The position numbers were made by a program, and so were the translations under genes. Shown one piece after another: positions 53,028-61,289 of a stretch of 61,289 nucleotides of DNA. The notes below the pieces were generated by a model, which saw only the letters and a list, made by a program, of their open reading frames with translations, did not search any database and was not told the DNA's origin. Each line of letters starts with the position of its first letter. Position 1 is the first letter of the stretch. The DNA comes from Limisphaerales bacterium (lineage in GTDB: Bacteria; Verrucomicrobiota; Verrucomicrobiia; Limisphaerales; CAIMTB01), in assembly GCA_046155815.1 (NCBI GenBank), contig JBJXFY010000148.1:1-61289 (forward strand). The letters are read 5' to 3'.

Positions 53028-53729
53028 ATGAGAACGTCTCTCGCTTCGATTCGCACTGCCGTTGCGGTTGGTTCTGTTGCCTACGCGTTCACGGCCGTCT
53101 CGGCCTTGGGCGTCACCGTTTTCGACAACACCCCCTCTCAGGTGGCGTTGTATCTCCCCAGCCCGGGGGTTGAATACGGCGATGAATATCGCCTGTCTGT
53201 CCCAGGGCTGACCTTGGACTCATTCGCCATCCAGTACTACAATGGCAACACCGCTCCTGGCACCATCAGGGTCTGGGTTCGGGCCAATGACGGTGGCGTG
53301 GACTCCAATAACGCTGCCAATCCTTCCCCCGCTCCTGGAACCACCCTCTACGTGGACACCGAGGCCACTTCTGTGAATGGTTCTGGAATTGGAAACTTCG
53401 GGCGTTCCAGTCTCGCCCAATTCGGCATCGGTCTTGGTGACCGGGTCACCATCACCGCTCTCTTCACGGTTCAGGACCGCACCTTGGCCGGGCTGATGTT
53501 GTCGAACAACCCTGAGGCAGTCGGTTGGAGCCCGAACGATTACTGGCAGCACACGGGTGCCGGAACTTTTGGGGCGCCTTTCGGGACTTACGGTGGCCCC
53601 CTTGCTCAAGGCAATCTTCTCGACGTGACGGCCAAGATCGGTGCCGTTCCTGAGCCCAGCACTTGGCTGAGCCTCGGTGGCATCCTCGCGATGGCTGGCT
53701 TCGGTGCCTACCGCCGCTTCCGGAAGTAA
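53028..53729 (+). CDS. PEP-CTERM sorting-domain secreted protein
   Basis: 233 aa with a signal peptide. The C-terminus is VPEPSTWLSLGGILAMAGFGAYRRFRK. GC is lower than the flanks. Confidence 0.85.
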   Translation: MRTSLASIRTAVAVGSVAYAFTAVSALGVTVFDNTPSQVALYLPSPGVEYGDEYRLSVPGLTLDSFAIQYYNGNTAPGTIRVWVRANDGGVDSNNAANPSPAPGTTLYVDTEATSVNGSGIGNFGRSSLAQFGIGLGDRVTITALFTVQDRTLAGLMLSNNPEAVGWSPNDYWQHTGAGTFGAPFGTYGGPLAQGNLLDVTAKIGAVPEPSTWLSLGGILAMAGFGAYRRFRK

Positions 53730-53761
53730 ATCCGCTTCGCCGCAACCCATTCGGTGCGCTG

Positions 53762-53796
53762 CCGGGCTGCCTTCACGGGCGGCCCGGTTTGCTTTT
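53762..53796 (+). terminator. Rho-independent terminator of PEP-CTERM gene 53028-53729
   Basis: CCGGGCTGCC, a 6-nt loop, GGCGGCCCGG (10 pairs including one G:T), followed by TTTGCTTTT. Confidence 0.65.
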
Positions 53797-53849
53797 CGGA
53801 GCGGAGTTCCCTTTGCCAAAGCCGCGTCTCCGGCAATCCTCTCCGCATC

Positions 53850-54962
53850 ATGAAGACCACCCAGCTCCTAGTCTTGGCCGCCGCGGTCTGGCTGGGATTC
53901 CCGACGGCCGCGTCCGACTGGCCCATGTTCCGCGGCAACCCGCGTCTGACCGGCGTGACCGAAGCGACGCTGCCCGATGCGCCGGTGCTGAAGTGGAGCT
54001 TCAAGACCGGCGGCCCCGTCAAATCCTCCCCCGCCATCGTGGGCGACCGCGTGTTCATCGGCTCCGACGACTCGAAGCTCTACGCGCTCAGTCTCGCGGA
54101 CGGGAAGAGGCTCTGGGAGTTTGCCGCCGACGGCCCGGTCGAGTCCTCGCCGCTCGTGCTGGATGGCCGGGTCTACTTCGGCAGTGCGGGCACCAACCTG
54201 TTTGCCCTCGACGCCCGGACCGGGGCCCGGCTCTGGAGCTTTGGAATCGAAGGAGAGGTCAAGAGCAGCCCGACTTGGGCACCGGCACCGGATGGCAAAA
54301 CGCCCTGGCTCCTGGTCGGTGGCTACGACTTCAAGCTCCACTGCCTTGATGCGCTGACCGGCCGCGGCAACTGGTCCTACGAGACCGGCAACTACATCAA
54401 CGGCGCCCCCGCCGTGGAGGCCGGTCTCACCGCCTTCGGTGGCTGCGACGCCATCGTGCATGTCGTCAATGTGAAGGACGGCACCAAGGCCCGTGAAATC
54501 GAGGCCGGCGCCTACATCGCGGCGTCCGGGGCACTGGTGGATGGAATCCTCTACGTGGGCCACTACGAGAACGAGTTCCTCGCCGTGGATCTCAGGACCG
54601 GCGAAGTGAAGTGGCGCTACCGCGACCGGGCCTTTCCCTTCATGTCCTCGCCGGCCGTCACGGCCGACCGCATCATCGTCGGTTCACGCGACAAGCGCCT
54701 CCACGCGATCAGCCGCGCCGATGGCCGCCAGGCGTGGGTCTTCCCGACCCGCGGCAAGGTGGAAGCTTCGCCCGTGGTCGCCGGCGACCGGGTGGTCGTG
54801 GGCTCCGATGACGGGCGGCTGTACGTGGTCTCGTTGGCGGACGGTCGAGAGCTGTGGAGCTACGAAGTCGGTGCTCCGCTCCAAGGTTCCGCCGCAGTCG
54901 TGAAGGATCGGGTCGTGGTCGGCGCGGATGACGGGACGGTGTACGCCTTTGGGCCGAAGTAG
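53850..54962 (+). CDS. PQQ-like beta-propeller repeat protein (BamB-like fold), secreted
   Basis: ATG at 53850 (MKTTQLLVLAAAVWLGFPTAASDWPMFRGN). It carries repeated units of the form G.V.SSP.v.gdrvy.Gs.dg.lyAl...G...W. Confidence 0.83.
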   Translation: MKTTQLLVLAAAVWLGFPTAASDWPMFRGNPRLTGVTEATLPDAPVLKWSFKTGGPVKSSPAIVGDRVFIGSDDSKLYALSLADGKRLWEFAADGPVESSPLVLDGRVYFGSAGTNLFALDARTGARLWSFGIEGEVKSSPTWAPAPDGKTPWLLVGGYDFKLHCLDALTGRGNWSYETGNYINGAPAVEAGLTAFGGCDAIVHVVNVKDGTKAREIEAGAYIAASGALVDGILYVGHYENEFLAVDLRTGEVKWRYRDRAFPFMSSPAVTADRIIVGSRDKRLHAISRADGRQAWVFPTRGKVEASPVVAGDRVVVGSDDGRLYVVSLADGRELWSYEVGAPLQGSAAVVKDRVVVGADDGTVYAFGPK

Positions 54963-55058
54963 GCTGCCGTGCGGGCCCACGGAATTGATACGTACAGGTA
55001 TCTTTCGGTTGCCCCGTCCGGCCGCGGGGCGCAAGCTTGCCCAAGCTGCCGAGGCTCC

Positions 55059-56402
55059 ATGCCCACCATCGCTCCGCCGCCGACACCGGCCGCCCCGCCC
55101 TTCCAGAAGGAGACCACCGCGGGCAACTACTTCGTCGCCAACTATCCCCCCTTCGCCTTCTGGAAGGCGGAGGCCGTCCCGGGCTTTCTGGATTCGCTCG
55201 AAGGACCGCCCACCCGAACGGCTCCGCTGGGCCTCTATGCCCACATCCCCTTCTGCCGAAAGCGGTGTCATTTTTGCTATTTCCGGGTCTACACGGACAA
55301 GGATGCCCAGGAAATCAGGGGGTACTTGGACGCGCTCCTGAAGGAGCTCACCCTTTACGCCGGCAAGGCCGTGATCGGCGGTCGCCGGCCCAAGTACATT
55401 TACTTCGGCGGCGGCACCCCCAGCTACCTCTCGCCCGACCAGCTCCGCTTCCTCACCGAGGGCATGAAGAGCCTGCTGCCTTGGGATGCAGCCGAGGAAG
55501 TCACGTTCGAGGCGGAGCCGGGAACCTTGACCGACCACAAGCTGCGCGCCATCCGCGAGCTGGGGGTCACCCGGCTCAGCCTTGGCATCGAGCATTTTGA
55601 CGATCACGTCCTCGAGATCAACGGACGTGCCCACCGCTCGAAGGAGATCGCCCGCGCCTACGCCTACGCCCGCGAGATTGGCTTCCCGCAGATCAACATT
55701 GACCTCATCGCCGGCATGGTCGAGGAGACGGAGGAGAAGTGGTGCGAGACCGTGGCCAAGGCCGTGGCCCTGCTGCCTGACTCGGTGACCATCTACCAGA
55801 TGGAAGTGCCCTACAACACCGGCATCTACCGCCAGATGAAGGCGGAGGGCCGGCTGGTGGCGCCGGTGGCCGACTGGGAGACCAAGCGCCGCTGGGTGGA
55901 CTACGCCTACGGCGAATTTGAGAAGGCCGGTTACACCGTGACCAGCGGCACCACCGTCGTCCGCGATCCGGCCAAGGTGAAGTTTCTCTATCGCGAGGGC
56001 CTCTTCACCGGCGCGGACATCCTGTCCGTCGGCGTGGCGAGTTTCGGGCATCTCGGCGGCGTCCACTATCAAAACCATCACGACTTCCAGCCCTACGTGG
56101 ACGCCGTCAATGCAGGCCGACTTCCCATCTACCGCGCGTACCCGCTGCCGCCGGACGAAGCCTGCCTCCGTGAGTTCATGCTCCAGCTCAAGCTGGGCGA
56201 AGTGAGTTCCGCCAGTTTCGTCCGCAAGTTCGGCGTGGACCCGCGCGAACGCTTCGCCGGCCCGCTGGCCACGCTCAAGGCCGGGGGATTTCTCCACAAC
56301 GGTGGCGACCGCATCGGCGTGACCCGGGCCGGCCTGCTGCAGATAGACCGCCTGCTCCACGGGTTCTTCAAGCCCGAGCATGACACCGGCAGGTATGCTT
56401 GA
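55059..56402 (+). CDS. radical SAM enzyme of the HemN/HemZ (oxygen-independent coproporphyrinogen oxidase-like) family
   Basis: ATG at 55059. The CxxxCxxC cluster is HIPFCRKRCHFCYF, followed by YFGGGTPSYL. The length, 447 aa, is typical for the HemN-like family. The exact substrate cannot be assigned. Confidence 0.82.
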   Translation: MPTIAPPPTPAAPPFQKETTAGNYFVANYPPFAFWKAEAVPGFLDSLEGPPTRTAPLGLYAHIPFCRKRCHFCYFRVYTDKDAQEIRGYLDALLKELTLYAGKAVIGGRRPKYIYFGGGTPSYLSPDQLRFLTEGMKSLLPWDAAEEVTFEAEPGTLTDHKLRAIRELGVTRLSLGIEHFDDHVLEINGRAHRSKEIARAYAYAREIGFPQINIDLIAGMVEETEEKWCETVAKAVALLPDSVTIYQMEVPYNTGIYRQMKAEGRLVAPVADWETKRRWVDYAYGEFEKAGYTVTSGTTVVRDPAKVKFLYREGLFTGADILSVGVASFGHLGGVHYQNHHDFQPYVDAVNAGRLPIYRAYPLPPDEACLREFMLQLKLGEVSSASFVRKFGVDPRERFAGPLATLKAGGFLHNGGDRIGVTRAGLLQIDRLLHGFFKPEHDTGRYA

Positions 56403-56988
56403 ATCGCCGCCCCGGCCGGCCGCCGCGCCCGCCGCGACTCCGGCCCTGCCGGCCCGCGAGATGCTGGCGCCGCTCGACGGCTTCTACCACCGGGCCGGCC
56501 GTCCGTTGCTCGCGTTCGAGCCCCGGCAGGAGTCCGCGCTTCCGGAACCCGCCCGCTCCCTGCTCGTCCACGACCGGGACATGACCCGGACGCTCGAGCA
56601 GTTTCATCGTGGAACAATTCATCTCCAGGTGCTCTCCAGCCATCGGGCCGATGCAGGCTACTGGCGGGAATCGGTGCTGCGGCTGGACGGGTCCGGGTGC
56701 CCGGTCGAGTTCGGGGCGATTCACATCCATCTTGACCGCTTCCAAGACCCCTGGCGCCGGCTGATCCTTCAGGAACACCTGCCGCTGGGGGGAATTCTCA
56801 ATGCCAGTGGACTTCCCTACTCGAGCCGGCCGGCCGGCTACTTCCGGGTCGTCGCCGACTCATTCATGGCCGAATCCCTGGGTGCGCGCGCCGGCGGGCC
56901 GCTTTATGGTCGCAGGAACACCCTGCGCGACCTGCAAGGCAGCCCGTTGGCCGAGATTGTGGAGATTCTGCCCCCGGGTACCGGGTAG
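56380..56988 (+). CDS. hypothetical protein, possibly chorismate-lyase-like fold (DUF98/UbiC-like)
   Basis: 202 aa as given. The alternative ATG at 56461 would remove the 23-nt overlap with the HemN-like gene. The pattern LLVHDRDMTRTLEQFH...IHLQVL...RESVLRL...LPLGGIL recalls UbiC/DUF98. Low certainty. Confidence 0.4.
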   Translation: MTPAGMLESPPRPAAAPAATPALPAREMLAPLDGFYHRAGRPLLAFEPRQESALPEPARSLLVHDRDMTRTLEQFHRGTIHLQVLSSHRADAGYWRESVLRLDGSGCPVEFGAIHIHLDRFQDPWRRLILQEHLPLGGILNASGLPYSSRPAGYFRVVADSFMAESLGARAGGPLYGRRNTLRDLQGSPLAEIVEILPPGTG

Positions 56989-57007
56989 CCGCCGGCCCGC
57001 AGCGTCT

Positions 57008-57799
57008 TCAGAAGTCCGTGTCCGCCTCTTTCAGGTCCAGTTCCTTGATCCAGATGTTGCGGTAGCGCACGTCGTGGCCTTCAGCCTGAAGCTTCAGGCC
57101 CTGCGGCGTGTCGGTGATGCCCTTGCCGCCGTCGTTGCCTCCGTCCACGCCGGAACGTGGGCCGCCCCAGACCTGGCTGATCGGCACGTTGGTGTGAACC
57201 TTCTGCCCGTTGAAGTACATGGTCACCCGCGGCTTTTCCTCCAGCTTCCCGTCGTTGAACCGCGCGGCGCGGAACACGAGGTCGTAGGCGTTCCATTTCC
57301 CCACGCCGTTGTAGGCATGGTAGGGCGACTCGCTTTCGTTGATCACTGCGCCCATGCCGTGCTTGGTCCGGTCACCATCCAGCACCTGGATCTCGTAACG
57401 GTTCTGGAGGTACACGCCGCTGTTTCCGCCCGGCTTCGTGATCAGGAACTCGACGTGCAGACGGAAGTCGCGGTGGGGCCGTTTCGTCACGATGTCCGCC
57501 GCGCCATACTTGCCGCCGTCCGCGGCCCGGTCGTCCGTCATCACACACGTGCCGCCGTCCACAGGGTCGGGCACGACCTGCCACTTGATCGGCAGCGACG
57601 AGGCGAAGCCCGGTCCCTGCCAGTAAGTCCATTTGGCGTCGAGCATCTCGCGTGAACCGTCCAGGACAAGCTCGGCACCCGGGGCCGGCTTCGCCCCTAC
57701 TCCGAGATCAGGCCGGCCGGCGGCACGGGAAGGAAGGATGACGGCCAGCGTCAGGGCGAGGGCTAGGGCCGGGATCGCAGGCAGGGTTGGGAATTTCAT
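57008..57799 (-). CDS. secreted DUF1080 (3-keto-disaccharide hydrolase-like, concanavalin fold) protein
   Basis: ATG at 57799 (MKFPTLPAIPALALALTLAVILPSRAAG). NSGVYLQNRYEIQVLD and LKLQAEGHDVRYRNIWIKEL are the typical DUF1080 signatures. Confidence 0.8.
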   Translation of the reverse strand: MKFPTLPAIPALALALTLAVILPSRAAGRPDLGVGAKPAPGAELVLDGSREMLDAKWTYWQGPGFASSLPIKWQVVPDPVDGGTCVMTDDRAADGGKYGAADIVTKRPHRDFRLHVEFLITKPGGNSGVYLQNRYEIQVLDGDRTKHGMGAVINESESPYHAYNGVGKWNAYDLVFRAARFNDGKLEEKPRVTMYFNGQKVHTNVPISQVWGGPRSGVDGGNDGGKGITDTPQGLKLQAEGHDVRYRNIWIKELDLKEADTDF

Positions 57800-57907
57800 G
57801 CGTGTGGAGGGAAAGTGAAGGCTCTTTGGGCGTGCTTCAAGCCGGCACTCCCGCATAGGCGTTGCTGCCTCGAGCACGGCCGTCGGCCCGGCGGGCGTTT
57901 GCCGCGC

Positions 57908-58837
57908 TCATGTTCCCACCGTCAGGCCGCCGCCGATTTCGGCCGCCAGCCTCCTCAGCGCCGCGGCGATACGCGTCCGTTCCGGCGCGCGGAAGCGATG
58001 CGCCGGCTCGGCCATGAAGTCGTCGCATATGCCGGCGCACGACAGCGCGCATTTCAGGCCCTTGATCCACGCCGACGAGTAGGAACCGACATGATACAGC
58101 GATTCACTTGCCTGCATCACCAGCCCATGCAGCTCCGCCACCCGGGCGAGGGCTCCGGCACGGTGGGCGTCGAAAATCTCAACGAACAGCTGCGGGAACA
58201 GGTTGGCGCCACCGCACACGCCGCCGTCGCCGCCTGCCGCGAGTGAGTCGGCCAGCTTTTCTTCCGGTCCGATGAGGATGGTCCAGTCCGGCCGCCGCTG
58301 TTTGAGCGTGAGCAGCTCCTGGTAGTAGTTCAGGTCGCCTGAACTGTCCTTCAGGCCGACGATGTGCGGGTGGTCGGCGGCCAGCCGCAGCGTCTCCATC
58401 CCGAGAGAAACCTTCGTCAGCGCCGGCATGTTGTAGAGTGTGAGCGGCAGCGGGAGATCCGTGGCCAGGTGGTCAATCCAATCAGCCAGTTCAGGCTGGC
58501 CGGCGGGAAAGTAGAACGGCGGCGCGGCCACCACGGCGGCCGCGCCCGCCTCGGCCGCGTGGTGGGCGATGGCCAGCGACTCCGTGAACGCGCAGTCCGT
58601 GATCCCGACCAGCACCGGCACGCGGCCGGCCACCTGCCGGCAGGTGCGTGTGATGAGCTCGCGCCGCAGGGCGTAGCCGAGGCCCGGCCCCTCGCCCGTG
58701 GAGCCCAGGATGAACAGGCCGTGAACGCCACCGCCCACGACGTGTTCGAGCAGCCGTTCGAGGCCGGCCACGTCGAGGATGTCGCGTCCCAAGAGCGGCG
58801 TGACCAGCGGCGGAATGATTCCGGAGAAGGCGGGCAT
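57908..58837 (-). CDS. dihydrodipicolinate synthase/N-acetylneuraminate lyase-family (DapA-like) class I aldolase
   Basis: 309 aa. Contains IPPLVTPL, GLFILGSTGEG, and YNMP followed later by GLKDSSGD (Schiff-base Lys context). Confidence 0.85.
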   Translation of the reverse strand: MPAFSGIIPPLVTPLLGRDILDVAGLERLLEHVVGGGVHGLFILGSTGEGPGLGYALRRELITRTCRQVAGRVPVLVGITDCAFTESLAIAHHAAEAGAAAVVAAPPFYFPAGQPELADWIDHLATDLPLPLTLYNMPALTKVSLGMETLRLAADHPHIVGLKDSSGDLNYYQELLTLKQRRPDWTILIGPEEKLADSLAAGGDGGVCGGANLFPQLFVEIFDAHRAGALARVAELHGLVMQASESLYHVGSYSSAWIKGLKCALSCAGICDDFMAEPAHRFRAPERTRIAAALRRLAAEIGGGLTVGT

Positions 58838-58879
58838 GTTGGTCGGGGAATGGCCGGGAGATTGATTGAAGGGGTCAGT

Positions 58880-60373
58880 TCATTCAGGAGGCAATGGCCG
58901 CGCCCGGGAATTGAGGAGGCTTCCCGCCAGCAGCCCGGCCACCACCACCGTCGCCGTGCCGAAGACGCTGATCAGAAACTCATGAAACGGGCTGCGAGCC
59001 CACGGCGGCAGGCCGCCGAAGCCCGGCGAAAAGCTCATCCAGGTGATCACGAGCACGCCGAGGACGGTCGCCAGAACCGCGGCCGCGTTGCCGGCGCGGG
59101 AGATGCGGCCGAGCAGGAACAGCCCCAACACGCCGCCGCTGCCGATGCCCGCCAGCTTCCACCACACGTCCAACGCGCTCTTCACCTGGATCATTGCCAG
59201 CGCGGCGAGTGTCCCAAGGACGCCGACCACGAGGCTCGCCCAGCGCAGCACGCGCAGGCTGGCGCGGTCATCCGCGGCCGGGTTCACGTACCGGCGGTAG
59301 CCGTCGCACAGAAGCAGGGTGGCGGAGGAGTTGATCACGCTGCTGAGCGTGCTCTGCGCTGCGGCGAGCACGGCGGCGATGACCAGGCCCGCGAGGCCCG
59401 CCGGCAACGCGGTGGCGATGTAGTGCGGGAAGACGGCGTCGGCCTTCAACCCGTCGGGCATTAACTGCGGCTGCGCGGCGTAGTAGGCGAACAACGCCGT
59501 GCCGATGAAGAAAAACACCGCCGAGACCGGTAGATACAGCAGTGCGCCGAGCCAAACGCTGCGCTTCGCCGCGCGGTCGCTGGCGGCCGTGGCGTATCGC
59601 TGCACGAAGTTTTGGTCCGCACCGAAGTTGTTGAGGTTGATCACGATTCCGTACAGCAGCACCACCCAGAAGGTGGGTTCGCCCAGGCCTGCGCCGAAGC
59701 TGCCCAGGCTGAACTTGTGGTGCTCCGCCGCGATCTCGAACACGCGCCCCGGCCCGCCCGGCATCGTCATCAGCGGCAGCACCGCGCACAGCAGCGCGCC
59801 GCCGATCAGCAGAAAGCTCTGCATCACGTCCGTCCAAATCACCGCCTCCATTCCACCGACGAGCGTGTAAATCATGACGACCACGCTGGTGATCACGATC
59901 AGCGCCGGCAGGCCCAGGCCCGTGAGCGGCGCCAACGCCAGCGCCAGCAGGTAAAGGATGGTGCCCATGCGCGCGACCTGCACCAGCAGGTAGCAGGCCA
60001 CCGCGTACGTGCGCGCCCACGGGCCGAAGCGCGCCTCCAGATGGGCGTACGCGGAGACCTCGCCCGAACGCCGGTAGAACGGCACGAACCACTTCACCGC
60101 CACCCACGCTGCCAGCGGGATCGCGAGGCTGAAGACGAACGGATTCCAGTTTGCTGCGTAGGCTTTTCCCGGAAGTGCGAGGAAACTGATGCTGCTCACG
60201 TAGGTGCCGAAGATGGACAGCCCTACCGCCCAGCCGGGAATCCGGCCCCCCGCCGCCATGAAGTCCCGCGCCGTGCGGTTGTTCCGTCCCGCCCACAGCC
60301 CGATGCACACCGTCGCCGCGAGGTAGAGCACGAGGATCGTGAGGTCGGCAACTAGGAGCGCGGCGAGCGGCAT
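58880..60373 (-). CDS. sodium:solute symporter (SSS family)
   Basis: ATG at 60373 ([69 protein letters not shown]) inside ORF 58880-60550. About 13 TM helices. Confidence 0.9.
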   Translation of the reverse strand: MPLAALLVADLTILVLYLAATVCIGLWAGRNNRTARDFMAAGGRIPGWAVGLSIFGTYVSSISFLALPGKAYAANWNPFVFSLAIPLAAWVAVKWFVPFYRRSGEVSAYAHLEARFGPWARTYAVACYLLVQVARMGTILYLLALALAPLTGLGLPALIVITSVVVMIYTLVGGMEAVIWTDVMQSFLLIGGALLCAVLPLMTMPGGPGRVFEIAAEHHKFSLGSFGAGLGEPTFWVVLLYGIVINLNNFGADQNFVQRYATAASDRAAKRSVWLGALLYLPVSAVFFFIGTALFAYYAAQPQLMPDGLKADAVFPHYIATALPAGLAGLVIAAVLAAAQSTLSSVINSSATLLLCDGYRRYVNPAADDRASLRVLRWASLVVGVLGTLAALAMIQVKSALDVWWKLAGIGSGGVLGLFLLGRISRAGNAAAVLATVLGVLVITWMSFSPGFGGLPPWARSPFHEFLISVFGTATVVVAGLLAGSLLNSRARPLPPE

Positions 60374-60498
60374 GCGGTGCTGCGGAGCTTGGCCTGCGGC
60401 CGGACCGGGAGACAAACCCGTTTGCTCCGGCGTTGCGGTGCCGCCTGCCCGCGGCCCGCCATCCGACCGGAGGACGATTTCGCCGCCCGTTTCCCATT

Positions 60499-60526
60499 TT
60501 GACGCTTTCCCCCCGGCTTCTAAGCT
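60499..60526 (+). promoter_or_regulatory. sigma70-like promoter candidate for pgk
   Basis: TTGACG (60499-60504), a 16-nt spacer, then TAAGCT (60521-60526), about 27 nt upstream of the ATG at 60553. Confidence 0.4.
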
Positions 60527-60552
60527 CGGCCGCCATTTTGGCCCTACCAACC

Positions 60553-61289
60553 ATGCCCAAGCTCTCCGTCTCCGACCTCCCGCTCACCGGCCAGCGTGTC
60601 CTCATGCGCGTGGATTTCAACGTCCCCCTCGACGAAAAGGACGGCCGAATGGTCATCACCGATGAGACGCGCATCCTTGAGACCCTGCCCACCATCAAGC
60701 TGCTCACCGGCCAGGGCGCCCGCGTCATCCTCGCTTCCCACCTCGGCCGGCCCGACGGGAAGCGTGAGCCCACCATGTCCCTCGCGCCCGTGGCCGCGCG
60801 CCTCGGCGAGCTGCTCGGGCAGCCCGTCGCCTTCGCCGAGGACTGTGTGGGCGCGCCGGCCGAGGCCGCGGCGGCGAAGCTCGCCAACGGCGGGATCCTG
60901 CTGCTCGAAAACGTCCGCTACCACGCCGCCGAGGAGGCCAACGACCCCGTCTTCGCCGCGCAGCTCGCCGCGCTCTGCGACGTGTACGTGAACGACGCCT
61001 TCGGCACCGCCCACCGCGCCCACGCCTCCACCGCCGGCGTCGCCTCCATCGTGGCCGCGCGCGGCGGGAAGTGCGCCGCCGGCCTCCTCATGCAGCGCGA
61101 ACTGCAGTTCCTCGGCGACGAGCTGGAAAACCCCGCGCACCCCTTCGTCGTCATCCTCGGCGGCGCCAAGGTGTCGGACAAGATCAAGGTCATTGACCGC
61201 CTGCTCGAGAAGGCCGACGCGATGATCATCGGCGGCGCGATGGCCTACACCTTCAAGCTCGCGCAGGGTCACAAGGTCGGGAAATCCCT
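60553..61289 (+). CDS. pgk: phosphoglycerate kinase, 5' part (3' end outside window)
   Basis: Translated by hand from ATG 60553: [51 protein letters not shown]...ILASHLGRP. This is the canonical PGK N-terminus and the frame is open to the window end. Confidence 0.95.
   Translation, partial: MPKLSVSDLPLTGQRVLMRVDFNVPLDEKDGRMVITDETRILETLPTIKLLTGQGARVILASHLGRPDGKREPTMSLAPVAARLGELLGQPVAFAEDCVGAPAEAAAAKLANGGILLLENVRYHAAEEANDPVFAAQLAALCDVYVNDAFGTAHRAHASTAGVASIVAARGGKCAAGLLMQRELQFLGDELENPAHPFVVILGGAKVSDKIKVIDRLLEKADAMIIGGAMAYTFKLAQGHKVGKS

Overview
High-GC (roughly two-thirds G+C by eye) chromosomal segment, most likely from a PVC-group bacterium (Verrucomicrobiota or Planctomycetota-like). The taxonomic clues are two PEP-CTERM proteins, a prepilin-type pseudopilin, a DUF1080 protein and a PVM-type microcompartment gene set. 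Positions 1-8201 are a bacterial microcompartment (BMC) locus on the + strand, cut by the left window edge. It holds at least 3 BMC-H and 3 BMC-P shell genes, acetate kinase, an acylating aldehyde dehydrogenase, an extended class II aldolase and an uncharacterised TIM-barrel-like enzyme. A beta-carbonic anhydrase plus VOC/glyoxalase-fold gene pair sits in the middle, which is unexpected. The remainder is mostly housekeeping or accessory: AsmA-like, hldD, gatB, GT4 glycosyltransferase, S8 protease, Ser/Thr kinase-TPR, orphan ABC permease, dnaG, BacNav-type channel, larC, gyrB, an ECF sigma/anti-sigma module, hisB, trxB, AraC, 2-oxoacid dehydrogenase E1ab/E2, a Tat-signal Fe/Mn SOD, a HemN-like radical SAM enzyme, a DapA-like/SSS transporter/DUF1080 cluster and pgk (3' end outside the window). 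Non-coding content includes two tRNA-Ser genes, several TTGAC-type promoter candidates, three clear intrinsic terminators and a family of GTCCTC/GAGGAC codon-like hairpin repeats. These repeats follow both tRNA-Ser genes and bracket one membrane-protein gene. No CRISPR array, rRNA, transposase or integrase was seen. The many long ORFs antisense to or overlapping the called genes are treated as GC-bias artefacts. The best candidates for something new are the non-canonical BMC content (CA+VOC pair and an unknown 424-aa probable cargo enzyme) and a two-gene His-motif membrane module at 47685-50508 bracketed by inverted repeat copies.
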